Sequence record: SRR2962707_3462
DNA length: 51,839 bases
Reading direction: 5' to 3' (one strand)
Made by a program: the position numbers and the translations under genes
Notes under the pieces: generated by a model
Database searches by the model: none
What the model saw: only the letters and a program-made list of their open reading frames with translations
What the model was told of the DNA's origin: nothing
Part shown: piece by piece, positions 38,807 to 48,852 of the stretch
How positions within the stretch are numbered: position 1 is the first letter of the stretch
Layout of the letters: each line of letters opens with the position of its first letter

Positions 38807-39517
38807 TTGAACCATACCTTTCGCACTCTTACTCTCGTGCTGACTTGTGTTGCCAGCCTATCTGCTAATGCAGACCCAAAGACTCCAGGCACTCATCAAG
38901 GCTATTCCACCATTGATATGACCACTGCGGGCATACCAAAGGATGTCAAAATGATTTCTGTCGCGGACATTAAGCATGAATTAGCAGGGAAGCCCCCTTT
39001 TGCCGTGGGCTTTGATATCGATGATACGACCCTGTTTAGCTCCCCTGTCTTTTATCGTGGTCAACAGATGTTTTCACCAGGTGGCTACTCTTATTTAACA
39101 AACCAAAAATTCTGGGATAAAGCGAACTGCGGATGGGATAAGTTCAGTATGCCTAAGCAGATTGCACAGAAGCTAATTAAAATGCACCAAGAACGTGGCG
39201 ATGATATTTACTTCATTACGGGACGCACAGGTTCTGCTTGTCACTTCACCACTGACTATTTGCAAAAAACCTTTCAGATCAAGAAAATGAACGATGTTAT
39301 TTTTGCCGGCAGCAGCCGTGCTGAATACACAAAGACTCAGTACATAAAAGCGCATGACATCAAGATCTACTACGGCGATGCAGACGGCGATATCATTTCC
39401 GCTCGTGACGCCGGAGCAGAAGGCATTCGAGTGATGCGCGCCGCCAACTCGAGCTATAAGCCAATCCCTAAAAACGGCATTTATGGTGAAAGAGTGCTAA
39501 AAGACTCTCAATACTAG
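38807..39517 (+). CDS. aphA: Class B acid phosphatase (periplasmic HAD)
   Basis: Signal peptide; VGFDIDDT.LFSSP, FITGR, YYGDADGDI, RAANSSYKP. Confidence 0.92.
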   Translation: MNHTFRTLTLVLTCVASLSANADPKTPGTHQGYSTIDMTTAGIPKDVKMISVADIKHELAGKPPFAVGFDIDDTTLFSSPVFYRGQQMFSPGGYSYLTNQKFWDKANCGWDKFSMPKQIAQKLIKMHQERGDDIYFITGRTGSACHFTTDYLQKTFQIKKMNDVIFAGSSRAEYTKTQYIKAHDIKIYYGDADGDIISARDAGAEGIRVMRAANSSYKPIPKNGIYGERVLKDSQY

Positions 39518-39538
39518 TACTCATCACGCCTTGTAAGG

Positions 39539-39576
39539 CAAAGCCGCTGCTTATTATGGGCAGTGGCTTTGTTTTT
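39539..39576 (+). terminator. Intrinsic terminator after aphA
   Basis: CAAAGCCGCTGC...GCAGTGGCTTTG then TTTTT. Confidence 0.7.
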
Positions 39577-39742
39577 ACAGCCAATTCGCCATAAAGGGCG
39601 TCCATTGTTAGTCTCTTGAAACACCCCTTACCTTTCTTACAAATAACCGTTATAACTATTAATGGGACATTTTTGTCCGCGCTTAAGTGACGTAATGCCC
39701 CATTTCTCAGCCGAGAAAGTTGGCACTAATTTTTCATTACCC

Positions 39743-39764
39743 AAACACACAATAATAACAAACA
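39743..39764 (+). repeat. 22-nt A-rich leader motif, copy 1
   Basis: AAACACACAATAATAACAAACA, identical to 41689-41710. Confidence 0.9.
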
Positions 39765-39777
39765 GGGCTCAATTCTC

Positions 39778-41676
39778 ATGTACGTATCGCTTTCTTCATG
39801 GATACGGCAAATAGGCATCGGCGGACGCTTGTTTTTTGCGTTTGTGCTTATTTCGTCGATCACGCTTATTACCAGCGGACTGGCAACACACACTTATTTA
39901 GATTTGAGTCATCGCCTTACCGCGCTTAATCAACAGGACATTCCTGGCTTAGAGGCCGCTGCACGCCTCAACGATAAAAGCCGCTTGATCGTTGCCACCG
40001 CACCATTATTGGTAACCGCTGACGCCAATACCGCTCGTAAAAATGCCATGCAAGCGCTGCGTAGCGCCATTACAGAAATGGATGCGCTAATGCGCAATTT
40101 ACCCGATTACAACCGCTACTTTGTCGAGCTCATGGCACAGATCCACAACAGCCTTACCCTACTCAATCAAAGCGTAGAAAAACGTGAGACGGTGCGCGCG
40201 GCCATTACTGAGCAGAACCACTATATATTCCCTTTCTTCGACAATTTAATTGTAAAACTGAACAATTTACCGCAATCAGCCAAATGGGCTCCGGTGATCC
40301 ATCGCCTCTATTATCTGGCAGGATTAATGGAGAAGGTTAGCAATGATGCGTCTTTTAATGAGTTGGATTACACTTTTTTACGACTCGAAGCCCTAGGCAG
40401 TGAAATACAAAGTCGTTTGCCTGAGCTGCCTTATTTAACGCCTCTTTTACGCCAAGACATCACGACCCTGATCGCCCTAAGTTCGCGTCAAGGAGACTTG
40501 TTTCAACTCAAAAATGAAGAGCTAGAACTGGGCTACCAACAGAGCTATTTTCTAGAAAACAGTCAAAACCACATTCAGCAACTAGCGGCGCAAATAAACC
40601 AATACACCAATAGCACCAACACCAGCATTCGAGACTCTCTGAATAATGCCATGCAACTGATGAAGAGCAGCATTCGCAACGTCTTACTGCTGTCTCTTGT
40701 TAGTCTGGCGGTTGCCTGTGCCATCTCATGGTTTTATGTCAGAAAAAATGTTCTACAACGCATATCTGAATTGCAAAAAAACATGCGGGCCATCGCCAGT
40801 TCGCAACTGGAAACCGAGGTTCGTATTGTCGGCCATGATGAGATTTCAAGCATGGCTCGTGATCTAAAATTCTTCCAAGACACGGCCATTGAAGTTGAAC
40901 GAACCAACCACCAGCTGGCCGCTGAAATTGAAGAGCGCATCGCCGCCGAAAGTCAGTTAAAAACAACGCAATCAGAGCTGGTACAAGCGGGAAAACTCGC
41001 CGCACTAGGGCAACTGAGCGTAGGCATTACCCATGAAATAAACCAGCCTCTTACCGCCATGGCGAGCCATATACACAGCGCCGGTAGACACTTAGAAAAA
41101 GGTCATTACGACAAGGTACACGCAAGCTTGTTGAAGATTAATCATCTATTGAAAAAGACCGCAGGCATCACTCGACACCTCAAAGCCTTTGCCCGCGAAG
41201 CAGGCACAGAATGCAGCGCCGTCGACCTAGACCAAGTCATTAGAGAGGCGATTGAACTAATGTCTGCACCTATGCACGACATTGGCTGCGAATGCCTCTA
41301 CTCACAAGACATAAAATCGCAAACGCCTCTGCTAGTACTGGCAGAACCGATCCGTTTAGAGCAAGTGCTGGTCAACTTATTAAGCAACGCGGTAGACGCC
41401 TTATCAGACGCTCAAATAAAGCGCATCAGTATTCAAATAGAAGAACAAGCGGAGCGGCTATTGATTCATGTTAGTGACACAGGTTGCGGGATTGAGGGCA
41501 AGAGTCTCAAAGACATCTTTGACCCCTTTTACACCCAAAAAGAAGTCGGCGAAGGGTTGGGGCTTGGGCTGTCGATTAGCTACAACATTATCCAAGATTT
41601 TGGCGGGAAAATTCGCGTCCAATCGACTGTAGGTCAAGGCAGTTGCTTCACGCTAGAGCTACAGAAGCAGAGTTAA
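39778..41676 (+). CDS. Membrane sensor histidine kinase (PgtB/DctB-like, with HAMP domain)
   Basis: Two TMs around a helical periplasmic domain, HAMP (DEISSMA), GQLSVGITHEINQPL H-box, NLLSNA, DTGCG, FDPFYT, GLGLGL. Confidence 0.93.
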   Translation: MYVSLSSWIRQIGIGGRLFFAFVLISSITLITSGLATHTYLDLSHRLTALNQQDIPGLEAAARLNDKSRLIVATAPLLVTADANTARKNAMQALRSAITEMDALMRNLPDYNRYFVELMAQIHNSLTLLNQSVEKRETVRAAITEQNHYIFPFFDNLIVKLNNLPQSAKWAPVIHRLYYLAGLMEKVSNDASFNELDYTFLRLEALGSEIQSRLPELPYLTPLLRQDITTLIALSSRQGDLFQLKNEELELGYQQSYFLENSQNHIQQLAAQINQYTNSTNTSIRDSLNNAMQLMKSSIRNVLLLSLVSLAVACAISWFYVRKNVLQRISELQKNMRAIASSQLETEVRIVGHDEISSMARDLKFFQDTAIEVERTNHQLAAEIEERIAAESQLKTTQSELVQAGKLAALGQLSVGITHEINQPLTAMASHIHSAGRHLEKGHYDKVHASLLKINHLLKKTAGITRHLKAFAREAGTECSAVDLDQVIREAIELMSAPMHDIGCECLYSQDIKSQTPLLVLAEPIRLEQVLVNLLSNAVDALSDAQIKRISIQIEEQAERLLIHVSDTGCGIEGKSLKDIFDPFYTQKEVGEGLGLGLSISYNIIQDFGGKIRVQSTVGQGSCFTLELQKQS

Positions 41677-41688
41677 AAAACAGCATTA

Positions 41689-41710
41689 AAACACACAATA
41701 ATAACAAACA
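41689..41710 (+). repeat. 22-nt A-rich leader motif, copy 2
   Basis: AAACACACAATAATAACAAACA, identical to 39743-39764. Confidence 0.9.
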
Positions 41711-41735
41711 TAGAATGGCAAAAACGGAGCCCGAA

Positions 41736-43103
41736 ATGCTAGATGATATTCACATAATGATCGTAGATGACGACCATTACATACTCGAAGCGCTCACTGA
41801 AATGCTTGAGCTAGAAGACTTTCAAATACAGGTTTACAACCACCCTAGCCATGCGCTAAATGCACTTGAAAAGCACGCACCTGTGGTGGTGTTGAGTGAT
41901 GTAAAAATGCCTAAGATGGGCGGTTTGAGCTTATTGGCGCAAATACATCAACTCGATGAAGACATCCCTGTGATCTTGATGAGCGGCCACGGCGATGTGC
42001 CAATGGCAATTGAGGCGATGAAAGAAGGCGCTTACGATTTTTTAGAAAAGCCACTGGTGCCGGAAATATTGATCCAGCAACTCAGTCGGGCGGTGGAAAA
42101 ACGCCGCCTTGTTTTAGAGAACCGTAAGTTGCGCCAAGGTTTATTAAAGCATCAAGGATTGGAGGCTTATATCATTGGCGACTCCCCTTCTATGCAGACT
42201 ATTCGTCAACAAATTCTGGCGCTGGCCCAAGCCAATGTAGACACTATTATTTATGGCGATACCGGCTGCGGCAAAGACATTGTTGCTCGCGCCCTGCATG
42301 AATTTAGTGAGCGAAAACACCACAGATTTATTGCCATCAACTGCGGTGGAATGAGTGAAAGTCTGATCGAAAGCGAGCTATTTGGTCACGAAGCCGGCTC
42401 GTTTACTGGTGCCAGCAAACGCCACATCGGCAAGATAGAAGCCGCTGACGGCGGCACGCTGTTTTTAGATGAAATAGAAACCATGCCGATCTCGGTACAA
42501 ATTAAACTGTTACGCGTACTCCAGGAGCGCGCCATTGAACGTGTTGGCAGCACCAAGACCATTCCAGTGGTACTGACCGTTATCGCCGCCAGCAAAGAAA
42601 ATCTGGCGCAACTGGGCGACGAAGGCAAATTCCGTAAAGATTTATTCTATCGCCTCAATGTCGCCAGTCTCACCATCCCCCCTCTTAAAGATCGCCCTGA
42701 AGATGTATTGCCCCTGTTTCATCACTACGCATCGCAAGCGGCTGAGCGTTATACGAGAGACTTACCAGAGCTCAATGCCAACTTGCTCAATAAGCTCTTA
42801 CAACACCAATGGCCTGGCAATGTGCGCGAATTGAAAAATGCCGCTGATCGTTTTGTGCTCGGCATCAGCGAAGCCTCGATCGACTCTATCAAAGCGGAAG
42901 AGGATGGCGTTGGTCGTTACGAAGAGCGCATGGAACAATTCGAAAAACAATTGCTCACCGATGGACTAAGAGCCACGCAAGGGCAACTTAACGACGCCGC
43001 AGAATTGTTGGATTTGTCCCGTAAAACCCTGTATCGAAAAATGAAAAAGTATCATCTCGATAAACAGAACTTCCGACGCGGCGAAGAAAATGGACAAGGC
43101 TGA
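41736..43103 (+). CDS. Sigma54-dependent response regulator (DctD/PgtA-like)
   Basis: REC (VDDD, SDVKMP, FLEKP), AAA+ GDTGCGKD, ESELFGHEAGSFTGA, WPGNVREL, Fis HTH; ATG 41736 has a GGAG SD (alternative 41715). Confidence 0.93.
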   Translation: MLDDIHIMIVDDDHYILEALTEMLELEDFQIQVYNHPSHALNALEKHAPVVVLSDVKMPKMGGLSLLAQIHQLDEDIPVILMSGHGDVPMAIEAMKEGAYDFLEKPLVPEILIQQLSRAVEKRRLVLENRKLRQGLLKHQGLEAYIIGDSPSMQTIRQQILALAQANVDTIIYGDTGCGKDIVARALHEFSERKHHRFIAINCGGMSESLIESELFGHEAGSFTGASKRHIGKIEAADGGTLFLDEIETMPISVQIKLLRVLQERAIERVGSTKTIPVVLTVIAASKENLAQLGDEGKFRKDLFYRLNVASLTIPPLKDRPEDVLPLFHHYASQAAERYTRDLPELNANLLNKLLQHQWPGNVRELKNAADRFVLGISEASIDSIKAEEDGVGRYEERMEQFEKQLLTDGLRATQGQLNDAAELLDLSRKTLYRKMKKYHLDKQNFRRGEENGQG

Positions 43104-43217
43104 CCCATTCCTTATTTTTACTAAGACAATAATGTCCAAAAAACGATTCAATAAATCAAAGAGTCAGCATAAACCTTTGATTTTAAATTGTTTTTATTAA
43201 CTGGCATTAGCTTTGCT
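43092..43217 (+). promoter_or_regulatory. Sigma54 promoter with two candidate enhancer sites and an IHF site
   Basis: TGGCATTAGCTTTGCT (43202-43217, GG-N10-GC); GGACA-N4-TGACC (43092) and AGACA-N4-TGTCC (43124); minus-strand AATCAAAGGTTTA (43170-43182) fits WATCAANNNNTTR. Confidence 0.82.
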
Positions 43218-43319
43218 CTATAGCAAGAAGCCATCACACAAGGTGTGGGCTCACGCATCCCCGACTACGGAACCTCCCGACCGGTGATAATAATAAAAAT
43301 ATGTGTTGAGGAAAGAAAC

Positions 43320-44360
43320 ATGTCTAAAAATATACTGACTGGACTATTAGTCTCCGGCTCTTTGCTGTTTGCTGCTGCCACGACCCACGCCGCAGAATGC
43401 AGCAATCGCGGTGTACTGGATGAAAAATTCTGTGATGAGAATATGGATCTGGTCGCTGATACGCCAAAAGACCCAAGCCAATGGCGCGACCCTAGCACGC
43501 TGGTCTTTACCTATACCCCAGTGGAAGACCCCGCCGTTTATAAAGACGCTTTTCATGAGTTCCAAGAATACCTAACGGAAAAAACAGGCAAAAAAGTCAT
43601 CTACTACACAGTGCATTCTAATGCCGCTGAAGTAGAAGCCATGCGCTCTGGTCGCTTGCACATTGCTGGTTTTTCAACAGGCCCAACTGGCTACGCCGTC
43701 AACCTAGGTGGCTATGTACCGATTGCCGTCAAAGGCACAGCAGAGTCTTTCCAAGGCTATAACCTGATCATCATTACCAAAGCAAACAGCGACATCAAAA
43801 CCGTTGCGGATCTAAAAGGCAAAGTCGTTGCTCATACATCGGCGTCGTCTAACTCTGGTAACCTAGCCCCTCGTGCTTTGTTTCCAAACCTCAACATCAC
43901 ACCTGATAAAGACTACCAAGTGAAATACTCAGGCAAACACGACCAATCCATTATGGGCGTATTATCTGGTGACTATGATGCCGCGCCTGTGGCGTCTGAC
44001 GTTTACCATCGCATGATCGATGCGGGGCGTATTCAAGAAAAAGACTTCCGTGTTATTTACACCAGTCCGCGTTTCCCAACGTCTGCCTTTGGTTACGCTC
44101 ACGATCTAAACCCTGAGCTTGTCGAAAAAATCAAAGACGCGTTTTTCACCTTCCGCTTTTCAAAAGACATGCAAAGCACTTTTGGTGGCGCCGACCGATT
44201 CTTCCCAATCACCTACAAAGAAGATTGGAAAGTAATTCGTGACATCGCCCACGCAACAGGAACCGCTTACACCAAAACGGGCCTACAAAAGCTGGCGGAA
44301 AAAGAAGCCGCAAAAGCCGCGAAAAAACGTGCTGCTGAATTAGCCAAAGAAAAAGGTTAA
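43320..44360 (+). CDS. PhnD/PtxB-family ABC substrate-binding protein
   Basis: Signal peptide (THA); TPVEDP, EAMRSGRLH, STG, SNSGNLAP, SGKHDQS, DAA; N-terminal C..RG.LD..FCD extension; ATG 43320. Confidence 0.88.
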   Translation: MSKNILTGLLVSGSLLFAAATTHAAECSNRGVLDEKFCDENMDLVADTPKDPSQWRDPSTLVFTYTPVEDPAVYKDAFHEFQEYLTEKTGKKVIYYTVHSNAAEVEAMRSGRLHIAGFSTGPTGYAVNLGGYVPIAVKGTAESFQGYNLIIITKANSDIKTVADLKGKVVAHTSASSNSGNLAPRALFPNLNITPDKDYQVKYSGKHDQSIMGVLSGDYDAAPVASDVYHRMIDAGRIQEKDFRVIYTSPRFPTSAFGYAHDLNPELVEKIKDAFFTFRFSKDMQSTFGGADRFFPITYKEDWKVIRDIAHATGTAYTKTGLQKLAEKEAAKAAKKRAAELAKEKG

Positions 44361-44425
44361 TCATTTTTATGGACGTTCGCGTCCATAAAGCACTCTTTTA
44401 CTACTTTTCATTATTTTTAAAGAAT

Positions 44426-44461
44426 GGGCTATGCGATGACCTAGATCGCGTCGCATAGCCC
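44426..44461 (+). other. Intercistronic hairpin after the binding-protein gene (probable mRNA stabiliser)
   Basis: GGGCTATGCGATG...CGTCGCATAGCCC without a long U-tract. Confidence 0.55.
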
Positions 44462-44477
44462 TCTTCGCCCGTAGGAA

Positions 44478-45269
44478 ATGATTATGCATACAACAGCTGG
44501 TAGCGCAGAGCCTCACACTCTTCTTTCTATTCGAGGTTTACAAAAAGAATATGTGGCAGGAAATGCCATTTTAAAAGGCATTGATATAGACATTAAAGAA
44601 CAAGGCATCATCGCCATCATAGGCCCTTCTGGCACAGGGAAAAGCACATTATTACGCTGCATTAATCGTTTGATTGACCCAACCAAAGGGCACATTCTGT
44701 TAGAGCAAGAAGACTTATCCCAAGCGCGCGGTAAACAACTTCGTATGCTGCGTCGTAAAATCGGCATGGTGTTCCAAGAGTACAATCTGGTCGAACGTTT
44801 AACCGTGATCGAAAACGTGTTAACGGGCCGCTTAGGCTACATGTCAGCTTGGAACGCATGGCGCCGTAACTTCTCTCAAGAAGACATTAATACCGCTTTT
44901 GAACTATTAGAGGCTGTTGGCTTGGCCGAACACGCCAAAAAGCGCGCTGACAGTTTATCAGGTGGCCAGAGACAGCGCGTCGGCATCGCCCGAGCGGTTA
45001 TGCAAAACCCACGCGTACTATTAGCCGATGAGCCTACGTCTTCGTTAGACCCGAAAACCGCCGTCGAAATCATGGAGCTACTGGAGCGTTTTGCGCTTGA
45101 AAAAAACATGCCTGCCTTGGTGAACATTCACGATGTGAATTTGGCGCGCCGTTATGCCAAACGCATGATTGGCATGAGCAACGGCGTTGTGGTCTACGAC
45201 GGTCCACCTGAAGGCATCACAGATGATCACCTAAAACAAATTTATGGGGGTGAGTCATGGCTCGTATAA
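44478..45269 (+). CDS. phnC: PhnC-like ABC ATPase
   Basis: [43 protein letters not shown]. Confidence 0.88.
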   Translation: MIMHTTAGSAEPHTLLSIRGLQKEYVAGNAILKGIDIDIKEQGIIAIIGPSGTGKSTLLRCINRLIDPTKGHILLEQEDLSQARGKQLRMLRRKIGMVFQEYNLVERLTVIENVLTGRLGYMSAWNAWRRNFSQEDINTAFELLEAVGLAEHAKKRADSLSGGQRQRVGIARAVMQNPRVLLADEPTSSLDPKTAVEIMELLERFALEKNMPALVNIHDVNLARRYAKRMIGMSNGVVVYDGPPEGITDDHLKQIYGGESWLV

Positions 45270-46051
45270 ATTCGCAAGGCAATCACGAAAACCCGTTTAA
45301 AGGCAATAACTTAGTCCGTCTTGGTTGGTTTTTAATTGCCGCCTATCTGGTCTATTCCTTTAATGCGATGGGCTTAGAGTGGACACGGATCGTAGAAGGG
45401 TTAGGGCACGCCAATGCCTTATTGGATCGCATGTTTCCGCCTAATTTTTCACGCTGGGAACTGCTTCTTAGCGGCTTAGCAGAAAGCCTTGAAATCGCCA
45501 TTATTGCGAGCATCACAGGGATCATTCTGTCGCTGTTTTTTGGCCTCTTTTCGGCACGTAACTTGATGCCCAACTGGATCAGCATTCCCATGCGCGGCCT
45601 GATCGCCCTATGCCGTACTTTTCACCCTGTGATCATCGCAATCTTATTTGTGAAAAGTGTGGGATTCGGAGCGCTCGCAGGGATTCTCACACTGGTGGTG
45701 GCGTCCATCGGCTTTATTGCAAAACTGTTTGCCGAAGCCATTGAAGAAATTTCTTTGAAGCAAGTCGAGGCCGTGCGTGCGACAGGAGCAGGGTTCGCTA
45801 GCGTTATTTTGTTTGCCGTTATGCCACAAGTATTTGCACGCTTTATTGGTTTTGCGACCTATCAATTGGACTCCAATTTACGTAACTCCACCATGGTTGG
45901 CATTGTCGGTGCGGGCGGCTTAGGGGGCACTTTATTCTCCGCCTTCCAACGCTTTGATTATGACTTTGTGTCCGCCATTTTAATCACCATCATTGCCATC
46001 ATTATGGTCGGTGAGTTTTTGTCTAACATTGTGCGCCGAATTTTTAGCTAG
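45257..46051 (+). CDS. phnE: PhnE-like ABC permease 1
   Basis: [40 protein letters not shown]. Confidence 0.88.
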   Translation: MARINSQGNHENPFKGNNLVRLGWFLIAAYLVYSFNAMGLEWTRIVEGLGHANALLDRMFPPNFSRWELLLSGLAESLEIAIIASITGIILSLFFGLFSARNLMPNWISIPMRGLIALCRTFHPVIIAILFVKSVGFGALAGILTLVVASIGFIAKLFAEAIEEISLKQVEAVRATGAGFASVILFAVMPQVFARFIGFATYQLDSNLRNSTMVGIVGAGGLGGTLFSAFQRFDYDFVSAILITIIAIIMVGEFLSNIVRRIFS

Positions 46052-46068
46052 GTGTGAAGGAGTCTATT

Positions 46069-46869
46069 ATGCAAACGACCATTAATCACCACTGGCAACG
46101 CTTCACGCTAAAGCAAAAACTAGCACGCTACAGTGTCTATCTTGTGTTAGTTGTTGCCTTGGTTCAATCCATGCAAACCGTCGAAGTGATTCCTGAATTC
46201 TTCTTTGATGCGCCTGAACAAATGGCGGATATGTTTGGCCGTATGTGGCCAATGGAATGGAGCTATTACCCACTCTCCGTCCATGATGCGATCGTAGAAA
46301 CGCTAAACATTGCCACCATAGGTACCTTGCTCACCTTGATCATCGCCATTCCTCTGGCGCTCATGAACGCCAGCAACATTACCCATTCTGCTTGGGGGCA
46401 TTGGATCGCTCGCTTTTTCTTAGTGTCTTCGCGCTCCGTCAACTCTCTGGTTTGGGCTTTACTGTTTGTTTCTATCTTTGGACCTGGGGTAATCGCTGGG
46501 GTGCTCGCGATCGCCTTTCGCTCTGTTGGGTTTGTCGGTAAGTTGCTCGCAGAAGCACTGGAAGAAGTGGACATGGGCGCCGTTGAGGCGATTCGGGCAA
46601 CCGGTGCGTCGCCAACCTCGATATTAATCAAAGGCTACTGGCCTCAAGTCTTACCTGCCTTTTTCAGCATCATTTTGTTCCGTTGGGACATTAATGTCCG
46701 CGAGTCAGCAGTGCTGGGCTTGGTGGGCGCTGGCGGCATTGGGGTTGTCTTAAATGACTCGATGAACCTGTTCCAATGGCAGCGGGTGTCTGTGGCGCTA
46801 CTGGCCATTTTTGTGGTGGTTATTCTAGCGGAAATTCTCGTGGTGAATATTCGTAAGAAATTGATCTAG
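46069..46869 (+). CDS. phnE: PhnE-like ABC permease 2
   Basis: FGPGVIAG, GKLLAEALEE, EAIRATGA, WDINVRESAVLGLVGAGGIG; ATG 46069 with AAGGAG SD. Confidence 0.88.
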   Translation: MQTTINHHWQRFTLKQKLARYSVYLVLVVALVQSMQTVEVIPEFFFDAPEQMADMFGRMWPMEWSYYPLSVHDAIVETLNIATIGTLLTLIIAIPLALMNASNITHSAWGHWIARFFLVSSRSVNSLVWALLFVSIFGPGVIAGVLAIAFRSVGFVGKLLAEALEEVDMGAVEAIRATGASPTSILIKGYWPQVLPAFFSIILFRWDINVRESAVLGLVGAGGIGVVLNDSMNLFQWQRVSVALLAIFVVVILAEILVVNIRKKLI

Positions 46870-46898
46870 AAGGTTTTTAAATAATCATATTAAAATCA

Positions 46899-46937
46899 GT
46901 CAGGCCAACATAGGTCTTTTCCCCTTGTTGGCCTGAC
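46899..46937. terminator. Hairpin between convergent phnE and lactate permease
   Basis: GTCAGGCCAACA...TGTTGGCCTGAC 12-bp stem. Confidence 0.55.
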
Positions 46938-46939
46938 GA

Positions 46940-48538
46940 TTAAATCCCGCCACTCGCGAGAACAATGCCTACCAACGCGGCGATCACTGCGTAAGCCATC
47001 ATTGGAATAATGGTCTTTTTAATGATAAAACCTTCTTTGTTACTAATGCCAAGAATAGTAGAAACGGCAATAATATTATTAATACAAACCATGTTTCCCA
47101 TGGCCGCACCAGCGGATTGCAGTGCCAATATTAAGGTTGTCGATAAGCCCACTTGCTCGGCGATGCTTTGTTGAATGCCGCCAAAGGTCAGATTAGACAC
47201 GGTAGCAGAGCCTGAGAAGAAGCTGCCTAACGCCCCCAGCAAAGCCGCGAACAACGACCAGCTGCTCCCTGTTGCGTTTGCAAAAGCATTAGCAATCAAG
47301 AAGATAGGCGAATTTTCACCGCCCAACATCATAAGATTCACCATCACTAGAGCGCCCGCCAAAGAGACAAATGGAAGTCGCACCCTGCGACCGGTCTCAG
47401 AAAAGGCTTCTTTAACTTGTCGACCGGTCATCTTTAGCAAGGGAATCGACACCAAAACCACCAGCATAAACGGAATCAATGCGGGCACATAAAGCGTCTT
47501 ATACGACCAGCTTACCGAAGTCGATAAGATGTTTTCAAATGAAATGACCAAGGATTGACTGACCCCTAGATGGCTGGCGCCAACATCCATGCCCAGCCAA
47601 GCTTGGGGATTCGTTAGCAGCCCTTTGATGCCCAGCTGACTGATGCGTGTAACGATCAAGATCACAATCAACAACACCAGTGGCAACACCGCCGTGAACA
47701 CCTCACGAAAAGGCACCCGCACACCTTTTGGCAAATCGTGCTCCGCAGCGTTTAACCCTATATCTGCTTTGGCAAACACAATGCTCAGCATCAAACCAAT
47801 AGCACCCCCAATCAACGAAGGAAACTCATAGTTCCAATTAGCCAAGACATAATAGGGCAAGGTACAAGACAAGATACTCAATAAAATAAAGACGATATTG
47901 CGACGAATAAGATGCCAATTAACTACAAACTTCAGCGCCAGAATAGGCACGACTAAAGCGGCAAACAAATTGATTAAAGCGGTCTGGCTAGACACGCTTA
48001 ATAATTGCTCAGGACTCAGATTTAAGGCCTCAAGACCAAACCAAATAGGCGTCCCCACTGCTCCAAAAGACACAGGCACCGAGTTCATAATCAAAGCAAA
48101 AATGGCCACATTTAACGGTGCAAACCCCAAACCAACCAACATGGGAGCGGCAATCGCCGCTGGCGTGCCAAAGCCCGACGCCCCTTCCAGCATAAACGCA
48201 AAAGCCCAACCAATAATCATCAACTGCGCAACCGCGTTCGTGCTGATCGAATCCAGCCAACGCCCAATCACCTTTTCGGCACCCGATATGGCCAACACTC
48301 GATTTAACAAGATGGCCCCTGCAATAATAGAAATCGGCGTGAGTACAGACAGCACACCAGAAATCACATTGGCGCCCATTACACGCCCTGCGGATTGAAA
48401 ATAGAAAAGTTGTATCAAACCCACCAATAAGGCGGTTATAGGCAGAGCGATATGGGATGGCAGGGCACGCTTCTTGGTCATCATCCAGATTAGAAGGACA
48501 ATGGGAAAAGCCGATATTAGGGTACGCTCGAGTTCCAT
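46940..48538 (-). CDS. L-lactate permease family transporter
   Basis: EGASGFGTPAAIAAP, NSVPVSFGAVGTP, GSFFSGSATVSNLTFG, GAAMGNM. Confidence 0.92.
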   Translation of the reverse strand: MELERTLISAFPIVLLIWMMTKKRALPSHIALPITALLVGLIQLFYFQSAGRVMGANVISGVLSVLTPISIIAGAILLNRVLAISGAEKVIGRWLDSISTNAVAQLMIIGWAFAFMLEGASGFGTPAAIAAPMLVGLGFAPLNVAIFALIMNSVPVSFGAVGTPIWFGLEALNLSPEQLLSVSSQTALINLFAALVVPILALKFVVNWHLIRRNIVFILLSILSCTLPYYVLANWNYEFPSLIGGAIGLMLSIVFAKADIGLNAAEHDLPKGVRVPFREVFTAVLPLVLLIVILIVTRISQLGIKGLLTNPQAWLGMDVGASHLGVSQSLVISFENILSTSVSWSYKTLYVPALIPFMLVVLVSIPLLKMTGRQVKEAFSETGRRVRLPFVSLAGALVMVNLMMLGGENSPIFLIANAFANATGSSWSLFAALLGALGSFFSGSATVSNLTFGGIQQSIAEQVGLSTTLILALQSAGAAMGNMVCINNIIAVSTILGISNKEGFIIKKTIIPMMAYAVIAALVGIVLASGGI

Positions 48539-48800
48539 GCTGACGTTCTCGTTGTGTTTTATTCAATCGTATTCAGAGGAGCATTCATTAACTCTATACC
48601 AGAAAGGGATAACTCGATGAATCAATTGCTATTTTTATAGGAAATGACAGCCTACTACATCAAAGAAGAGTCGCCTGTGACTTTTGTCATCTTTATAGCA
48701 GTTATCACGGTCGATCATCAGCGCAAATGATCGACCAAAAGCCAACCAACACGGAACGGCAAAATAGGCCGAAGAAATAAGACGAAACGCTTATCAACAA

Positions 48801-48830
48801 AAAAGGGAGCGATCATCATCGCTCCCTTTT
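48801..48830 (-). terminator. Intrinsic terminator after the MFS gene
   Basis: AAAAGGGAGCGAT-catc-ATCGCTCCCTTTT. Confidence 0.75.
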
Positions 48831-48852
48831 CTTCTAGTACACCTAATAGGCG

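Noticed and set aside
43320-46869. Calling this a phosphonate (C-P lyase) or phosphite oxidation operon
   Set aside because: No phnG-M, phnX/W or ptxD gene and no PHO box seen; only the transporter family is supported
48676-48691. CRP-like site TGTGA-N6-TCATC upstream of the lactate permease
   Set aside because: 8/10 match only, no mapped promoter; could arise by chance
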